From a virus (Duplodnaviria > Heunggongvirae > Uroviricota > Caudoviricetes > Herelleviridae): a stretch of 64,000 nucleotides of DNA. Made by a program: the position numbers and the translations under genes. Within the stretch, counting starts at the first letter, position 1. Every line of letters begins with the position of its first letter. The notes under the pieces are model-generated. The model searched no databases, had not been told where the DNA came from, and saw nothing but the letters and a program-made list of their open reading frames with translations. The stretch spans positions 91,054 through 155,053 of IMG/VR virus record IMGVR_UViG_2974542590_000001, one strand, 5' to 3'. Shown in pieces: positions 47,564 to 57,457 of this stretch.

Positions 47564-48318
47564 TGAAACTACGTACACTATTTGGTGGAAATAAAACCGC
47601 AGAAGAACTAGCTAGCCAGATTGCAGAAGTACCTGCAGATACAAACATCATGGTAACAAAATTACCTTTAGACGTGTTCTATGCGTTACCTTTCGAAACA
47701 ACACAGGTTCTCTCTTGGGGGGAAATTATAGATAAAGCAGAGGAATTAGAGGAACCAGATTGGATAGATAACTGGGGAGAAGGAAGCCCTTTCGTATATT
47801 GCAAGTCAAGTCAAACAGCTTTTTACCGTGCAAACCCTGTAGAGAGTGACCTATCCGTGGCAATTACCTCTGCGGGCGTAGCAGACCGAGACATTGTAGA
47901 CGAAGCTTACTTAACTGTATTCTTAAGTGGGTATGTTCCTGTGTCATTTCATGATATTGGTGTAAATGACTTGAAAAAACTAATGGCTTCTACAGATGCT
48001 ATTACAAAAAGTAATGTAGTTGTATCTGTACAAGGATTTGAAGGGGCGTTACCTGTAGTCCTTGCAGGTTTAATTGATTTACCTATTATTGCTGTACCGA
48101 CTTCAACAGGTTACGGTATCTCAGCAGATGGCTACACTGCATTAAACACTGCACTAACTAGTTGCACTTCTGGTATTTCTGTTGTGAATATCAATAATGG
48201 TTTTGGTGGTGCATCACAAGCTGTACGTATACTAGAACAGATAGAAAAAGCTAGAGAAGTCTTCTTTAAAAATGAAGGTACTCAACGTGTAGGGGGAGTA
48301 CAAAATGCCGTTTGTTGA
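47563..48318 (+). CDS. protein with C-terminal PurE (N5-CAIR mutase)-like / LarB-like domain
   Basis: Residues ~150-240 ..VVVSVQGFEGALPVVLAGLIDLPIIAVPTSTGYG...ALNTALTSCTSGISVVNINNGFGGASQAVRIL align by pattern to the PurE block ..VIIAGAGGAAHLPGMIAA.T..PVLGVPV...G.DSL.SIVQMP.G.PV.T.AI...A.NAALLAAQIL. Recall-based and unverified. Confidence 0.4.
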   Translation: MKLRTLFGGNKTAEELASQIAEVPADTNIMVTKLPLDVFYALPFETTQVLSWGEIIDKAEELEEPDWIDNWGEGSPFVYCKSSQTAFYRANPVESDLSVAITSAGVADRDIVDEAYLTVFLSGYVPVSFHDIGVNDLKKLMASTDAITKSNVVVSVQGFEGALPVVLAGLIDLPIIAVPTSTGYGISADGYTALNTALTSCTSGISVVNINNGFGGASQAVRILEQIEKAREVFFKNEGTQRVGGVQNAVC

Positions 48319-48895
48319 TGAAAAACATTTCGATTTTATTAAGTTTGTAGAAGCTCAGCATAACTTAAACATGCGAGGTGCACGTGAAGTTGTTCCATTT
48401 GATTACTTCCCATTTAAAGAGGGTGACATTGTTGAGTACATCGGAGCAGGGGTAGATAAGAGCCTTGAAGATACGGAGGTACCCTTAGTTAAAGGGAGAA
48501 AATACGTTATTGCTAAGGCTAAGTATAAATTTGAGAATGGTCGGTTTTGGTATCCAAATAGTCCGCTCATCTATCTTTATATTGACCGTCCAGATGAAAT
48601 AGAAAAAGCGAGCGCAGAAAGCTTACTGCGAAAATCAGAAGCAAGTGTAAGGGCAAGTTACTTTAATATTAGACCTGTACCTACAAAATTAGACATTGAC
48701 TTAAATAAACTAGACCCAGACCAACTTATCAGATATGTTGAGTTGATAACTGAATATAAAAAAATACTCAATGCCAGAGTACAGCAAGAACGTATTGAAC
48801 GTGAACTATGTCAGTTATTTGGTGCAACAACACCTAAAGACGTTGATGACGTTTTTAACCTTATTAAAAAGAAAACGGGGGAAGAATCTGTTTAA
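48305..48895 (+). CDS. hypothetical protein
   Basis: 196-aa ORF. Confidence 0.45.
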   Translation: MPFVDEKHFDFIKFVEAQHNLNMRGAREVVPFDYFPFKEGDIVEYIGAGVDKSLEDTEVPLVKGRKYVIAKAKYKFENGRFWYPNSPLIYLYIDRPDEIEKASAESLLRKSEASVRASYFNIRPVPTKLDIDLNKLDPDQLIRYVELITEYKKILNARVQQERIERELCQLFGATTPKDVDDVFNLIKKKTGEESV

Positions 48896-48983
48896 AAAAA
48901 TATAGCAAGTAGTGTAAAAACTGCTTGCTTCTTTTTATCTTACATGATATACTTTAAGTATAAAAAACAAGGAGGTACTTGTA

Positions 48984-49172
48984 ATGGAATTTGAAGCTAC
49001 ACCATTTACACGTAAATTAGAAGAACTAACTACAGAAGAACTATTTGCTTATGCTAAGTATAAAAAACAGCGTGAACACCATGCAAAGCTAGCTCAGGAA
49101 CAACAAGAGATTATACAGAGACTAGACGAAAAGATGAAGAAAGTATTAGTGGGGGAGAAAACTGATGAATAA
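48984..49172 (+). CDS. small hypothetical protein
   Basis: AAGGAGG RBS. Confidence 0.45.
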   Translation: MEFEATPFTRKLEELTTEELFAYAKYKKQREHHAKLAQEQQEIIQRLDEKMKKVLVGEKTDE

Positions 49173-50409
49173 CTTAATTGAACTTAACGGTAAGTATACC
49201 GATGCGAAAATGTTTATTAACACGGTGGATGAAGGCACTATCGGTCAGGTTACAACAATGATTAATGAACCGGTAACAGACGGTGGCATTGTTAGAATTA
49301 TGCCAGATGCACACTATGGTAAAGGTTCTACAGTTGGGACAACAATTCATTATCCAGATGGTATCAATCGAGTTGTACCCTCTATTGTTGGCGTAGATGT
49401 AGGTTGTGGTATTATGGTAGCTCAAATTGAAAAGCCAGAAGACACGACAGATACCGAATGGGCTAAATTGGATGCAGTGATTAACAAAGTGGTTCCTTCT
49501 GGGTTTAACATTAGAGAAACTTTGGACGAACTTCATCCTACTGTACCGAATACGATTAAGCACATGTTAGAATCTATGACGTTTAAAGGTGCAACAGAAG
49601 AACCATTTATTGAACGTGTTACCTTGTCTTTAGGTACTTTAGGTGGTGGAAATCATTTTATCGAATTAAGTAAAGATGACGAAAACAACTACTATTTGTT
49701 AGTTCATACAGGTTCCCGTTCTTTAGGACTTAAAGTAGCCCAATATCACCAGAAGAAAGCGGATTTATACCATGAACGTGATGACAAAGGTTTAGCAACT
49801 ATGATTGAGACACTTAAGCAAGAAGGCAGACAGTCAGAAATTCAAGAGGCTATTAAGAATTTTAAAGCTGTCAATGTTAAACCGCAATTGCCATACTTAG
49901 AAGGTTCCGCAGTGGATGACTATTTAAACGATATGAAACTAGCACAACGTTATGCTTACATGAATCGTAAAACTATCATTGATAAGATTGTTACTAATAT
50001 GGGGTGGACTGTAGTTGATTTATTTGACTCTATTCATAATTACATTGATGTAGACTCCAACACTATTCGTAAAGGTGCCACAGATGCACAGAAGGGTGTT
50101 AGACTTGTTATTCCTTTAAACATGAAAGAAGGTTCTATCATCGGTGTAGGAAAAGGAAACACTGATTGGAATAATTCTGCACCTCATGGAGCAGGACGTG
50201 TATTGTCTCGTTCTAAAGCAAAAGAACTGCTTGACTTAGACGAATTTAAACAAACAATGTCTGGTATCTATACAACATCTGTTGTTCAAAGTACATTAGA
50301 CGAAGCACCAAAAGCATACAAGAATGCTGACGAAATCAAAGAAATCATCAAAGATACAGTAGATATTCAAAAGATTGTCAAACCTGTATATAATTTTAAA
50401 GCGAAATAG
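49165..50409 (+). CDS. rtcB: RtcB RNA ligase (3'-phosphate/5'-OH)
   Basis: Full RtcB signature set: ..IMPDAHYGKG.., ..GVDVGCGIM.., ..GGGNHFIEL.., ..HTGSRSLG.. and ..APHGAGRV... Confidence 0.75.
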   Translation: MNNLIELNGKYTDAKMFINTVDEGTIGQVTTMINEPVTDGGIVRIMPDAHYGKGSTVGTTIHYPDGINRVVPSIVGVDVGCGIMVAQIEKPEDTTDTEWAKLDAVINKVVPSGFNIRETLDELHPTVPNTIKHMLESMTFKGATEEPFIERVTLSLGTLGGGNHFIELSKDDENNYYLLVHTGSRSLGLKVAQYHQKKADLYHERDDKGLATMIETLKQEGRQSEIQEAIKNFKAVNVKPQLPYLEGSAVDDYLNDMKLAQRYAYMNRKTIIDKIVTNMGWTVVDLFDSIHNYIDVDSNTIRKGATDAQKGVRLVIPLNMKEGSIIGVGKGNTDWNNSAPHGAGRVLSRSKAKELLDLDEFKQTMSGIYTTSVVQSTLDEAPKAYKNADEIKEIIKDTVDIQKIVKPVYNFKAK

Positions 50410-50472
50410 AGGAGGACAATTAGAAGAAGCAAACTATCAAAAGAGTAATTAGGTATAAGAGGAGAGGTTATC

Positions 50473-50910
50473 ATGGTTATTTTAGCAGAAGAAACTGTGG
50501 CGTTCAATTTGGGACTGAGAGATACCATCTTTATTGGGGCATCAGAACTTAAACGTGTTGTACGGGAGCATTTTGCAACTTCTGTAGGCAAGAATGGCAT
50601 ATTTGTTGTTTCTAAATTGGAACAACTAGCTAAGTTTTCTAAATTATCAGGAAAACATGGAAAAGATTATGCACTAGGAATTATGCTAGGTTATCCACCA
50701 AAGTGTGTAAACTGGTTTGTCAATAGTACTATGGAAGAGCATATAGCTTGCAAAGATGTAGATGGCGGTTCATTTAGTTTTAAGTGTCCAGAGCATTTAT
50801 TTGATTATGCAAAAACCTACATGAAAGAGAATCATAATGTAGAGTTGCATTATGCTACTCCGCTAGAAGACATTTTTGTTATAAGAAACGATATATTCCT
50901 ATGGGAGTAA
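50473..50910 (+). CDS. hypothetical protein
   Basis: AGAGGAGAGG RBS. Confidence 0.5.
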   Translation: MVILAEETVAFNLGLRDTIFIGASELKRVVREHFATSVGKNGIFVVSKLEQLAKFSKLSGKHGKDYALGIMLGYPPKCVNWFVNSTMEEHIACKDVDGGSFSFKCPEHLFDYAKTYMKENHNVELHYATPLEDIFVIRNDIFLWE

Positions 50911-50932
50911 TACCCAACAAGGAGGAGAAACA

Positions 50933-51316
50933 ATGGCAGTAACCTATTATTTAGAAAGACTAGACAATATTTGGATACCAGATAAAGCAAGAGGGTTAAC
51001 TGATTGGCGGTTACTTGAATATGGAGATGCTTATATTGAACACTACCCCGAAAAATACCAAGTAATTGAAAAGGTGGATTTTAAAGGACACATTCGTATT
51101 CTAGACTCCTACAAGGGTCGTTCAGCATCAGGAGCGCATGTACTTGTAGAGGGGCACCCATTTGGTAAGTCTTTTATTGCTAATATGAGTAGTGCTAATT
51201 TAGTTAAGCTACTTAAAAACGAGGTAGTAACTAAAGGGGAAGCTACAGGTATGTTTACCCTAGCTAAACAAGGGGCAAACTACTTTGTACAATATATTGG
51301 AGGTATACAAGAATGA
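50933..51316 (+). CDS. hypothetical protein
   Basis: AAGGAGGAGAAACA RBS. Confidence 0.5.
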   Translation: MAVTYYLERLDNIWIPDKARGLTDWRLLEYGDAYIEHYPEKYQVIEKVDFKGHIRILDSYKGRSASGAHVLVEGHPFGKSFIANMSSANLVKLLKNEVVTKGEATGMFTLAKQGANYFVQYIGGIQE

Positions 51317-51735
51317 TTGAATTAATTAAACATACTGTGGTCATTACAGAGGCTGAGCACCCAGAGGTAGATAGTGACGACCTAGATGTAATAATGGAAC
51401 ATGCTGATTTCCAAACGAGATACGAGCAACTATATTTACCAGAGGAATTTACTCACGAAAAAATTAAAACATATTTACAGGAACGTGACCTATCATTTAC
51501 TAAATACTACTACAATGTGCAGTTTTTAGCTAGTAAACCTGTTAAAGCCTATATAGCTGACGAACTCGTAGACGAATTAACTGAGGCTATAAAAGATAGT
51601 CTTGATGGTTACCACGTAGGGCATGGTAACTTTTATGACAGCCAGTCAGATTGGACGTATGAACCTCCGACAGAAGAAGAAAAGACTGAGACTGTTACAG
51701 AAATTCTTAAAGAGGTCGGACTATATGAATACTGA
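51313..51735 (+). CDS. hypothetical acidic protein
   Basis: 140-aa ORF. Confidence 0.5.
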   Translation: MIELIKHTVVITEAEHPEVDSDDLDVIMEHADFQTRYEQLYLPEEFTHEKIKTYLQERDLSFTKYYYNVQFLASKPVKAYIADELVDELTEAIKDSLDGYHVGHGNFYDSQSDWTYEPPTEEEKTETVTEILKEVGLYEY

Positions 51736-51889
51736 GTTATGTTGTGCTGATTGCGGGAGATTAGTAAGTGAGTTAGACTGTGACTTCGATTACACCTTCG
51801 AAACCTGTTATAGTTGTATAGACAGAGACATAGAACTACAAGAAGACATGGCTATTTATGAAGAGCAAGAAAGGTACAGTGGTGTGTAA
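51725..51889 (+). CDS. small Cys-rich protein (54 aa)
   Basis: MNTELCCADCGRLV....CYSC. The track's 51623 start overlaps the previous gene out of frame. Confidence 0.35.
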   Translation: MNTELCCADCGRLVSELDCDFDYTFETCYSCIDRDIELQEDMAIYEEQERYSGV

Positions 51890-52086
51890 TGGAGCCAGTA
51901 CGCATTGTTAACAAAGTTTTTAGTATTGCGGAAGCTAGTAGTTTTATACGGGAAGAATGCCTCTACACTGTACGCTTGTATGAAGTAATAAGCTATAGTC
52001 CCTACGTTATCATAGGCAGGAACATTCATACACGTAAAGTAGTGGTGTTCCGCCCACAACAAAATAGAAAGATTTCATGGGTATAG
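51889..52086 (+). CDS. hypothetical protein
   Basis: 65-aa ORF. Confidence 0.4.
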   Translation: MEPVRIVNKVFSIAEASSFIREECLYTVRLYEVISYSPYVIIGRNIHTRKVVVFRPQQNRKISWV

Positions 52087-52098
52087 GAGGAATTAATT

Positions 52099-52617
52099 AT
52101 GGCTATTGTGTCTTTTTGGGGGCATATTACTAAAAATCCAAACAAAATAGGAAAAGAATGTTTATCACAATGGTATCCTGCATCATTCACTAACTTAGAA
52201 GGTACCATATCTTTCCCTACATGCGAACATTTTATGATGTATAACAAAGCTATTTATTTTGGTGATTTTGAGACAGGAAGTAAGATATTACAAGTTGCTA
52301 CACCTAAAGAAGCAAAGGCATTAGGGAGACAAGTGAAGAACTTCGATGAATCTGAATGGCAACTTGTTAGAGAACGTATTGTTTACTATGGTAACTTTTA
52401 TAAGTTTACACAGAATAAGGAACTGTTAGACTTCCTGTTAAGCTTTCCGAAGGATACAGTATTTGTTGAAGCTAGCCCTTACGATAGAATTTGGGGTGTT
52501 GGACTAAAAGAGAATGACCTACGTATTAACTACCCAGAACAATGGCAGGGGCTAAACTTGTTAGGTAAAGCTCTTAGCAAGGTTCGAATGGATGCAGACT
52601 ATTTGAGTGGAGAGTAA
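52099..52617 (+). CDS. NADAR-domain (YbiA-like) protein
   Basis: ..VSFWGH.., ..SQWYPASF.., ..FPTCEHFMMYNKA.. and ..EASPYDRIWGVG.. match conserved NADAR blocks. Confidence 0.6.
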   Translation: MAIVSFWGHITKNPNKIGKECLSQWYPASFTNLEGTISFPTCEHFMMYNKAIYFGDFETGSKILQVATPKEAKALGRQVKNFDESEWQLVRERIVYYGNFYKFTQNKELLDFLLSFPKDTVFVEASPYDRIWGVGLKENDLRINYPEQWQGLNLLGKALSKVRMDADYLSGE

Positions 52618-52620
52618 CTT

Positions 52621-52785
52621 ATGAAAAAGAAGATTACCTTATTTTTATTATATGCCTATTTATCATCATTAATTTTTGAAGTTATTTTGATGTTGGTAAC
52701 TTCATGGTTACCAAGTAGAGTAAACATTGTATTGATACATTTTCTTGCGATGTTATCCATTATTATGGTAATAAAGGAGGAATAA
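52621..52785 (+). CDS. small membrane protein (54 aa)
   Basis: MKKKITLFLLYAYLSSLIF.... Below the track threshold. Weak RBS. Confidence 0.3.
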   Translation: MKKKITLFLLYAYLSSLIFEVILMLVTSWLPSRVNIVLIHFLAMLSIIMVIKEE

Positions 52786-52786
52786 C

Positions 52787-53014
52787 ATGATTTATATACA
52801 CAAGTTAACAGGTGAACGTTACGAACTATTAGACACGGAGAAGACTCCATTGTTTGTAGTGGACAAAGACGGAAACTCTCGTGAAGACGGGGAAGAGGTC
52901 ACATACAAGTTAAGACAAGTGACAGGTAGTAGAGAAGGAGAAATCACTTATGTAAACAAGTATGCAATCTCCGACTTCTACCTGCAAGACTCATTAAATA
53001 CGGAGGAAGACTAA
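52787..53014 (+). CDS. hypothetical protein
   Basis: AAAGGAGGAATAAC RBS. Confidence 0.5.
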   Translation: MIYIHKLTGERYELLDTEKTPLFVVDKDGNSREDGEEVTYKLRQVTGSREGEITYVNKYAISDFYLQDSLNTEED

Positions 53015-53239
53015 ATGAAGTATTATACAGAATTATATGACGTTGTTCAAATAGTCCCGCATTTTGATGCTGTATTTGGGGGATGTTTTGCTACAGTAAC
53101 CGAAGTCAAAGACTGGGGTGTAGTTGCTTACGTATGTTCTCCGGGAGTGTTGGGAGTTAATTATAAGTATGTAAGGTTAAAAGAAAAGGAATATGCACCA
53201 TTAAAGGCTAAAGCAAAATTTATATTGGGGGAAGATTAA
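53015..53239 (+). CDS. hypothetical protein
   Basis: GGAGG RBS. Confidence 0.5.
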   Translation: MKYYTELYDVVQIVPHFDAVFGGCFATVTEVKDWGVVAYVCSPGVLGVNYKYVRLKEKEYAPLKAKAKFILGED

Positions 53240-53464
53240 ATGAAGTATCTAATCTATGTTTTATTAACAATCGAGGGGGCACTCCTCTTATTTGCTTCCT
53301 GTGCACTCGGATATGGCACATACTGGGAGTTAACAAATGAAGCAAGTAGACCTACGCCTTGGCTCGTTATTATATTATGCGCAGTCGGGATACTAGTGCT
53401 AATTGCTACATTTATTCTACAAATAATCATTTTTAGAAAAATAAACAGAATGGACAAATTTTAA
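53240..53464 (+). CDS. small membrane protein
   Basis: Two TM helices. Confidence 0.5.
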   Translation: MKYLIYVLLTIEGALLLFASCALGYGTYWELTNEASRPTPWLVIILCAVGILVLIATFILQIIIFRKINRMDKF

Positions 53465-53477
53465 GGAGGAAAAACAA

Positions 53478-53888
53478 ATGGAAAACAAAAAACAAGAAAA
53501 CTGGGAAGAACGCTTAGAAGGCGCAAAGTATATAGGGAAGATTATCATGCAAGGTAACCGAACTACTATTACGCTTCAAGGTATCGTAGACGAAGAAAGC
53601 CTAATGGTTATTCTTGGAGGGTTCCATGCAGAAGAGATTTATTCCCATACAGAAGCAGATAACCTATGGATGGGTATTCGAGCTAATCACTTCGCTGTAG
53701 AAATTGGTACGATTGAGCATAATCTAGAATACTTAGGGCTTGATGACTTAGGTGTTACAGAAGCCTTACATCACGTAGAGGACGGTATCTACGAAGGAGA
53801 GTCCGCACAGTTCTGCTTGGTAACAGGTAACCATAAGGGTACTCGAGTTACTACTATATGGTTATTAAAAGACACACTTAAATTTTAG
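53478..53888 (+). CDS. hypothetical protein
   Basis: AAGGAGGAAAAACAA RBS. Confidence 0.5.
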   Translation: MENKKQENWEERLEGAKYIGKIIMQGNRTTITLQGIVDEESLMVILGGFHAEEIYSHTEADNLWMGIRANHFAVEIGTIEHNLEYLGLDDLGVTEALHHVEDGIYEGESAQFCLVTGNHKGTRVTTIWLLKDTLKF

Positions 53889-53905
53889 TAGTTAGGAGCA
53901 TTAGC

Positions 53906-54178
53906 ATGAAGAAACGATACAGATATTACACATATAGAGGGTTCGACATAAACCTTAAGGACGACACCCTTATTAATGGTAAACCTTGTATACGTGTAAT
54001 TGTGAGATATAGTGACACACAGGCAATCTACGATGAAGAAGTCTACTGGAGGGGAGAACCTATGGATGTAGTCAAGGCACTTGTCCAATCTTCATTAGAG
54101 GCGTACCTATATGACCTATATGGACATGAACCAGATTTTGTACCCTATGCAGAGAAAATGGTTGTACGTAAGAATTAA
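53906..54178 (+). CDS. hypothetical protein
   Basis: AGGAG RBS. Confidence 0.5.
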   Translation: MKKRYRYYTYRGFDINLKDDTLINGKPCIRVIVRYSDTQAIYDEEVYWRGEPMDVVKALVQSSLEAYLYDLYGHEPDFVPYAEKMVVRKN

Positions 54179-54470
54179 TAAAAAGACCTCATCCCTATAG
54201 GGAACCAAGTATACAGAAGAACGGATTAAGATTACTTTTTATAAAGGAAATGAGGTACAACATGGAATTAACACAAAGAGAAAAAAATATAATAAAGCTA
54301 AGTCTGAAGAAGCGGGGTGGAATTTCATTGAGAAATCAGGAGACTATTTTATTCTGACATGTCAAAAAGAGCATAGATTTAAATTCAGACTAGATGGGCA
54401 TTATACTCCTAGACATGATTGTGTCTTTTGTAGAGGTAAAAGACATACAGAAAAGGACTTTAGAACTAAA

Positions 54471-55202
54471 ATGCAAATTAAAGGTTGTACAGTAATAGAT
54501 GTAGTTAGTATTGTAGATACTCATGGTAATACAACTGTACGAATGAGGGATAAAGTAACCTTTATGTGTAGTAGGGGTCATGAACAAACTAGAAGAGTCT
54601 ATCAGTGTCTACAGGAAGGCAGTCCCTGTACAGCATGTAAAGGTACGGTTGGGTATACAGGATACTCAAGGTCAGAAGAGATAATATCTAGGGTACTGTC
54701 ATACCATGGTGTAGAACACTTAAGAGAACACAAAATCGTGCACGAAGGGGAGTTACTAAGGGTAGATTTTTACATCCCCAGTATAAATACAATAATAGAG
54801 TATGATGGTAAACAGCATAAGATAGGTAGACCTAAACAAGAAAGTATGAGTGTAGAAGAGCGCACAAGACGAGATAATCTACGTGATGAATACGCACGTT
54901 TACATGGTGTAACTATGATACGTATAGACGACAAAGAAAAAGGAAATAGACTTATTCAGCATATGGCAAAGATATTTCCCGAAATGGGTATTAACCCTCA
55001 GAGTACAGATATGATAGATATAACTCGTGAAGTGTATAACCAGTCAGCAGAAATGTTTGGGTGGACTTCTTATGATGAATTGGAGCGAATAAGTAATATG
55101 CAGAAGCAGTATGGCATTAAAGAAACTATGCGGCTGACAGGTCTGACAAGTTCCCCTATAGGCAGAGCAGTGCATGTTGTAAGAGGTAAAAGTGGGTGTT
55201 GA
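54471..55202 (+). CDS. free-standing homing endonuclease of the zinc-finger + PD-(D/E)xK family; the N-terminal region is frameshifted
   Basis: ..LLRVDFYIPSINTIIEYDGKQHKIG.. matches the two terL-intron HEs. The homologous N-terminal coding continues upstream in the same frame (54309-54470: ...GDYFILTCQKEHRFKFRLDGHYTPRHDCVFCRGKRH) without a start codon. A start-bearing ORF (MELTQREKNIIKLSLKK...) sits in another frame at 54262-54356. Confidence 0.5.
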   Translation: MQIKGCTVIDVVSIVDTHGNTTVRMRDKVTFMCSRGHEQTRRVYQCLQEGSPCTACKGTVGYTGYSRSEEIISRVLSYHGVEHLREHKIVHEGELLRVDFYIPSINTIIEYDGKQHKIGRPKQESMSVEERTRRDNLRDEYARLHGVTMIRIDDKEKGNRLIQHMAKIFPEMGINPQSTDMIDITREVYNQSAEMFGWTSYDELERISNMQKQYGIKETMRLTGLTSSPIGRAVHVVRGKSGC

Positions 55203-55241
55203 CTTTTAGTGTTGACTTTTAGTGTTGACTTTCCAAATTTC
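55203..55241 (+). repeat. triple tandem GTGTTGACTTTTA (three stacked -35 elements)
   Basis: Read directly: gacttttagtgttgacttttagtgttgactttcc. Confidence 0.6.
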
Positions 55242-55371
55242 TAGAAAAAATTTCTAGCTCCCAAAAAATAAGCCCGAGGGTGCGCCCTGCCCTGATAACC
55301 CCCACCCCTAGTAGGGAAAATTTAGTACGGGGTGGGGTTAACTGGTCTAGTCCTATAATACTGGTCTAGTC

Positions 55372-55515
55372 CTATTCGGTTACCTCTTCGAGTTCTTCGA
55401 TTAGTCTTTGGAATGCTTGGTAAACTTCTTCTGAATAATCATCTATATCCATCAAATCATTTTGTAATAGTTCCACTTCTTTTAATAGTCTTTCATATGC
55501 TTTGTTAGTTTCCAT
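55372..55515 (-). CDS. small acidic protein (47 aa)
   Basis: METNKAYERLLKEVELLQNDLMD.... Preceded by the TTGACA-N17 cassette and an AAAGAGAG RBS. Confidence 0.4.
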   Translation of the reverse strand: METNKAYERLLKEVELLQNDLMDIDDYSEEVYQAFQRLIEELEEVTE

Positions 55516-55818
55516 TCTTAACACTCTCTTTCATTTGTTTTATTTATCTTACAAATATAGAATACCAAAGTCATTGCTTAATGTCAATAAAAAAGACTAA
55601 ATGATTAGATAATAATTTTATAGCCCGATTTTAATACTGTACTAATCTTACAATCTGGCAAGCCTAACACCTCCATAGCAAAACCCGCCCGCCATGCTTC
55701 TTTACTCACTAGCCACCTAACGCCCTCATTTTCCACCGTAAGCACCTTATATCCTCCTTTAAGGTATTTATATGTAAAGCCCGCTAAAACCTCGCTACGG
55801 GCTTTATATGCCGTTATA

Positions 55819-56085
55819 TTATAGTCCTAGTTCTGAAAATAACTCTTTTTCATTTGGGTAGATAAGACTTACATTCTTATAAACAAATACTAATTCCGAT
55901 AACTCCTTGTTTTCTAGTTCTTCATTTGATATTTCTACGCTGTAAGCTCCTTGCATGTAAGCAATCAAAACCGGATTTGGATCTACTATGTTCCCTCTAG
56001 TTAGTTCATAGCCTCCTAACTCGTTATATGCTTCTAGTGTAGCGCCTTTGTGTTCTGCTAGTTTGATGAAGTCTTTTAGTTTCAT
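55819..56085 (-). CDS. hypothetical small protein
   Basis: AGAAAGGGAATGAAT RBS. 88 aa. Confidence 0.5.
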   Translation of the reverse strand: MKLKDFIKLAEHKGATLEAYNELGGYELTRGNIVDPNPVLIAYMQGAYSVEISNEELENKELSELVFVYKNVSLIYPNEKELFSELGL

Positions 56086-56137
56086 TTTTATTCATTCCCT
56101 TTCTTGTGTGAGTGAGAGAGGCTTTCCCCTCTCTCTC

Positions 56138-56284
56138 TTATTCTGGATACCGTCCCGTGTCTGCTAGTGTGTTCCCGTCTTCTTCGTCCTTGAATTGGTC
56201 AAAAAATCCCTCGTTTTCTAGTTCGTCCATGAAGTCCTTGAATTCTTTACTATCTAATAACTCGTCTAGTGTCTTGTATTCCAT
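56138..56284 (-). CDS. small acidic protein (48 aa)
   Basis: MEYKTLDELLDSKEFKDFMDELENEGFF.... GGAGGAAACAAC RBS. Replaces the antisense ORF-track call 56112-56321. Confidence 0.45.
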   Translation of the reverse strand: MEYKTLDELLDSKEFKDFMDELENEGFFDQFKDEEDGNTLADTGRYPE

Positions 56285-56496
56285 GTTGTTTCCTCCTTTT
56301 CGTGCATATCTTTTAGTTTAAATTGATAATTTGTTCTATTATTTAAATAATCAATTGTCCATTGTCCGCCATAATCATCAACGAAGTACATTTCACCATA
56401 TTTATTTACTACTACATTATACTCTTTACCTGTCGTCCACCAAGGTGTATCTGACTTCATACATACATATGTTTGCCCTTCGTTTGCGTTTAACAT
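56266..56496 (-). CDS. hypothetical small protein
   Basis: AGGAGGAAAACAAA RBS. Confidence 0.5.
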   Translation of the reverse strand: MLNANEGQTYVCMKSDTPWWTTGKEYNVVVNKYGEMYFVDDYGGQWTIDYLNNRTNYQFKLKDMHEKEETTWNTRH

Positions 56497-56570
56497 TTTG
56501 TTTTCCTCCTCTTTATCTTATGAACTAAGTATAGCATGAGTTGACAATGGTCTCAACTCGTGCTATGATG

Positions 56571-56831
56571 TTAGATATATTCATAAGCTAATTTATCTAA
56601 CCATTTTAGCATCTTTATTTCAGTGCTAACGTCGTTCCCTACCTCTCTTTCTGCTTCTAGCGCGTTCGCAACGTCTTTACAAGCTAATAAATAAGCGCCT
56701 TCGCAACTGAATGGATTTTTGATTGGTTCGATAAAATTGCCGTCTTCGTCGATATGGATGAATGGGTTGTTTTGCTCGTTTTCAATAATTCTGTCATATG
56801 CTTCGTAGTACGCTTCTTTTAAAGTTGTCAT
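56571..56831 (-). CDS. small protein; its N-terminus (MTTLKEAY) is paralogous to the ORF at 59019-59402
   Basis: ATG at 56831 after the AAAGAAAGAGGGAACTAAAA cassette. Confidence 0.55.
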   Translation of the reverse strand: MTTLKEAYYEAYDRIIENEQNNPFIHIDEDGNFIEPIKNPFSCEGAYLLACKDVANALEAEREVGNDVSTEIKMLKWLDKLAYEYI

Positions 56832-56841
56832 TTTTAGTTCC

Positions 56842-56905
56842 CTCTTTCTTTTATTTATCTTACAAATATAGAATACCAAAGTTATCTCTTTTTGTCAATA
56901 GAAAA
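56842..56905 (-). promoter_or_regulatory. representative early-promoter/RBS cassette (TTGACA-N17-TATTCT... AAAGAAAGAGGGA)
   Basis: Minus-strand reading of the region gives ...ctaTTGACAaaaagagataactttggTATTCTatatttgtaagataaataaaagaaagaggga. The cassette is present before 16 minus-strand genes. Confidence 0.55.
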
Positions 56906-57457
56906 GTATAAATTTTTTTCTTTGTGTGGTCGTGCTCGTTTTCCTGTAAGGTTTAACCCTAACCACACCTTTATATTATCATGTATGTTTTAACTTGTCA
57001 AGTATTAAACTCAACTTTTTTTGTTTTGTTTCTCGTCCGATTAGATGCCTCTCTCTTAACTATCTATACTATACCATGTATAGAGATGAAATGCAAGTAT
57101 AAACTATTAAATATTTCAATTTATTTTAAGCTATTTTGAAGCATTCTAACATAGTTCTGTTTATTTATGGATAATTATATATAAATCTATGTAAAACCCC
57201 GCTACGGGCTTTCTGTGGCTTCCTGTGGCTATTATACGCCCTCCAGCTTCCTATTTGTGCTAGAATGATAGAAAAAACAGTGTGCGCCTCTATAAGCGGG
57301 TTCCAAAAAGCTCGACTTTTGAAAATCTGGGGCTTTAGGTCTTTTTAGTTCTTTGGTCTTTTTTCTTATTTTGCTCCTTTTAGGTCTTTTTTTTGAGTTC
57401 CTTGCTCCTTTGCTCCTCTCTCCCTCCCCTCTCTCTCCCTCTCCCTCTCTTATGTCT

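Noticed and set aside
56112-56321. 69-aa plus-strand ORF
   Set aside because: Ser-rich low complexity, antisense to two RBS-supported minus-strand genes (56138-56284, 56266-56496).
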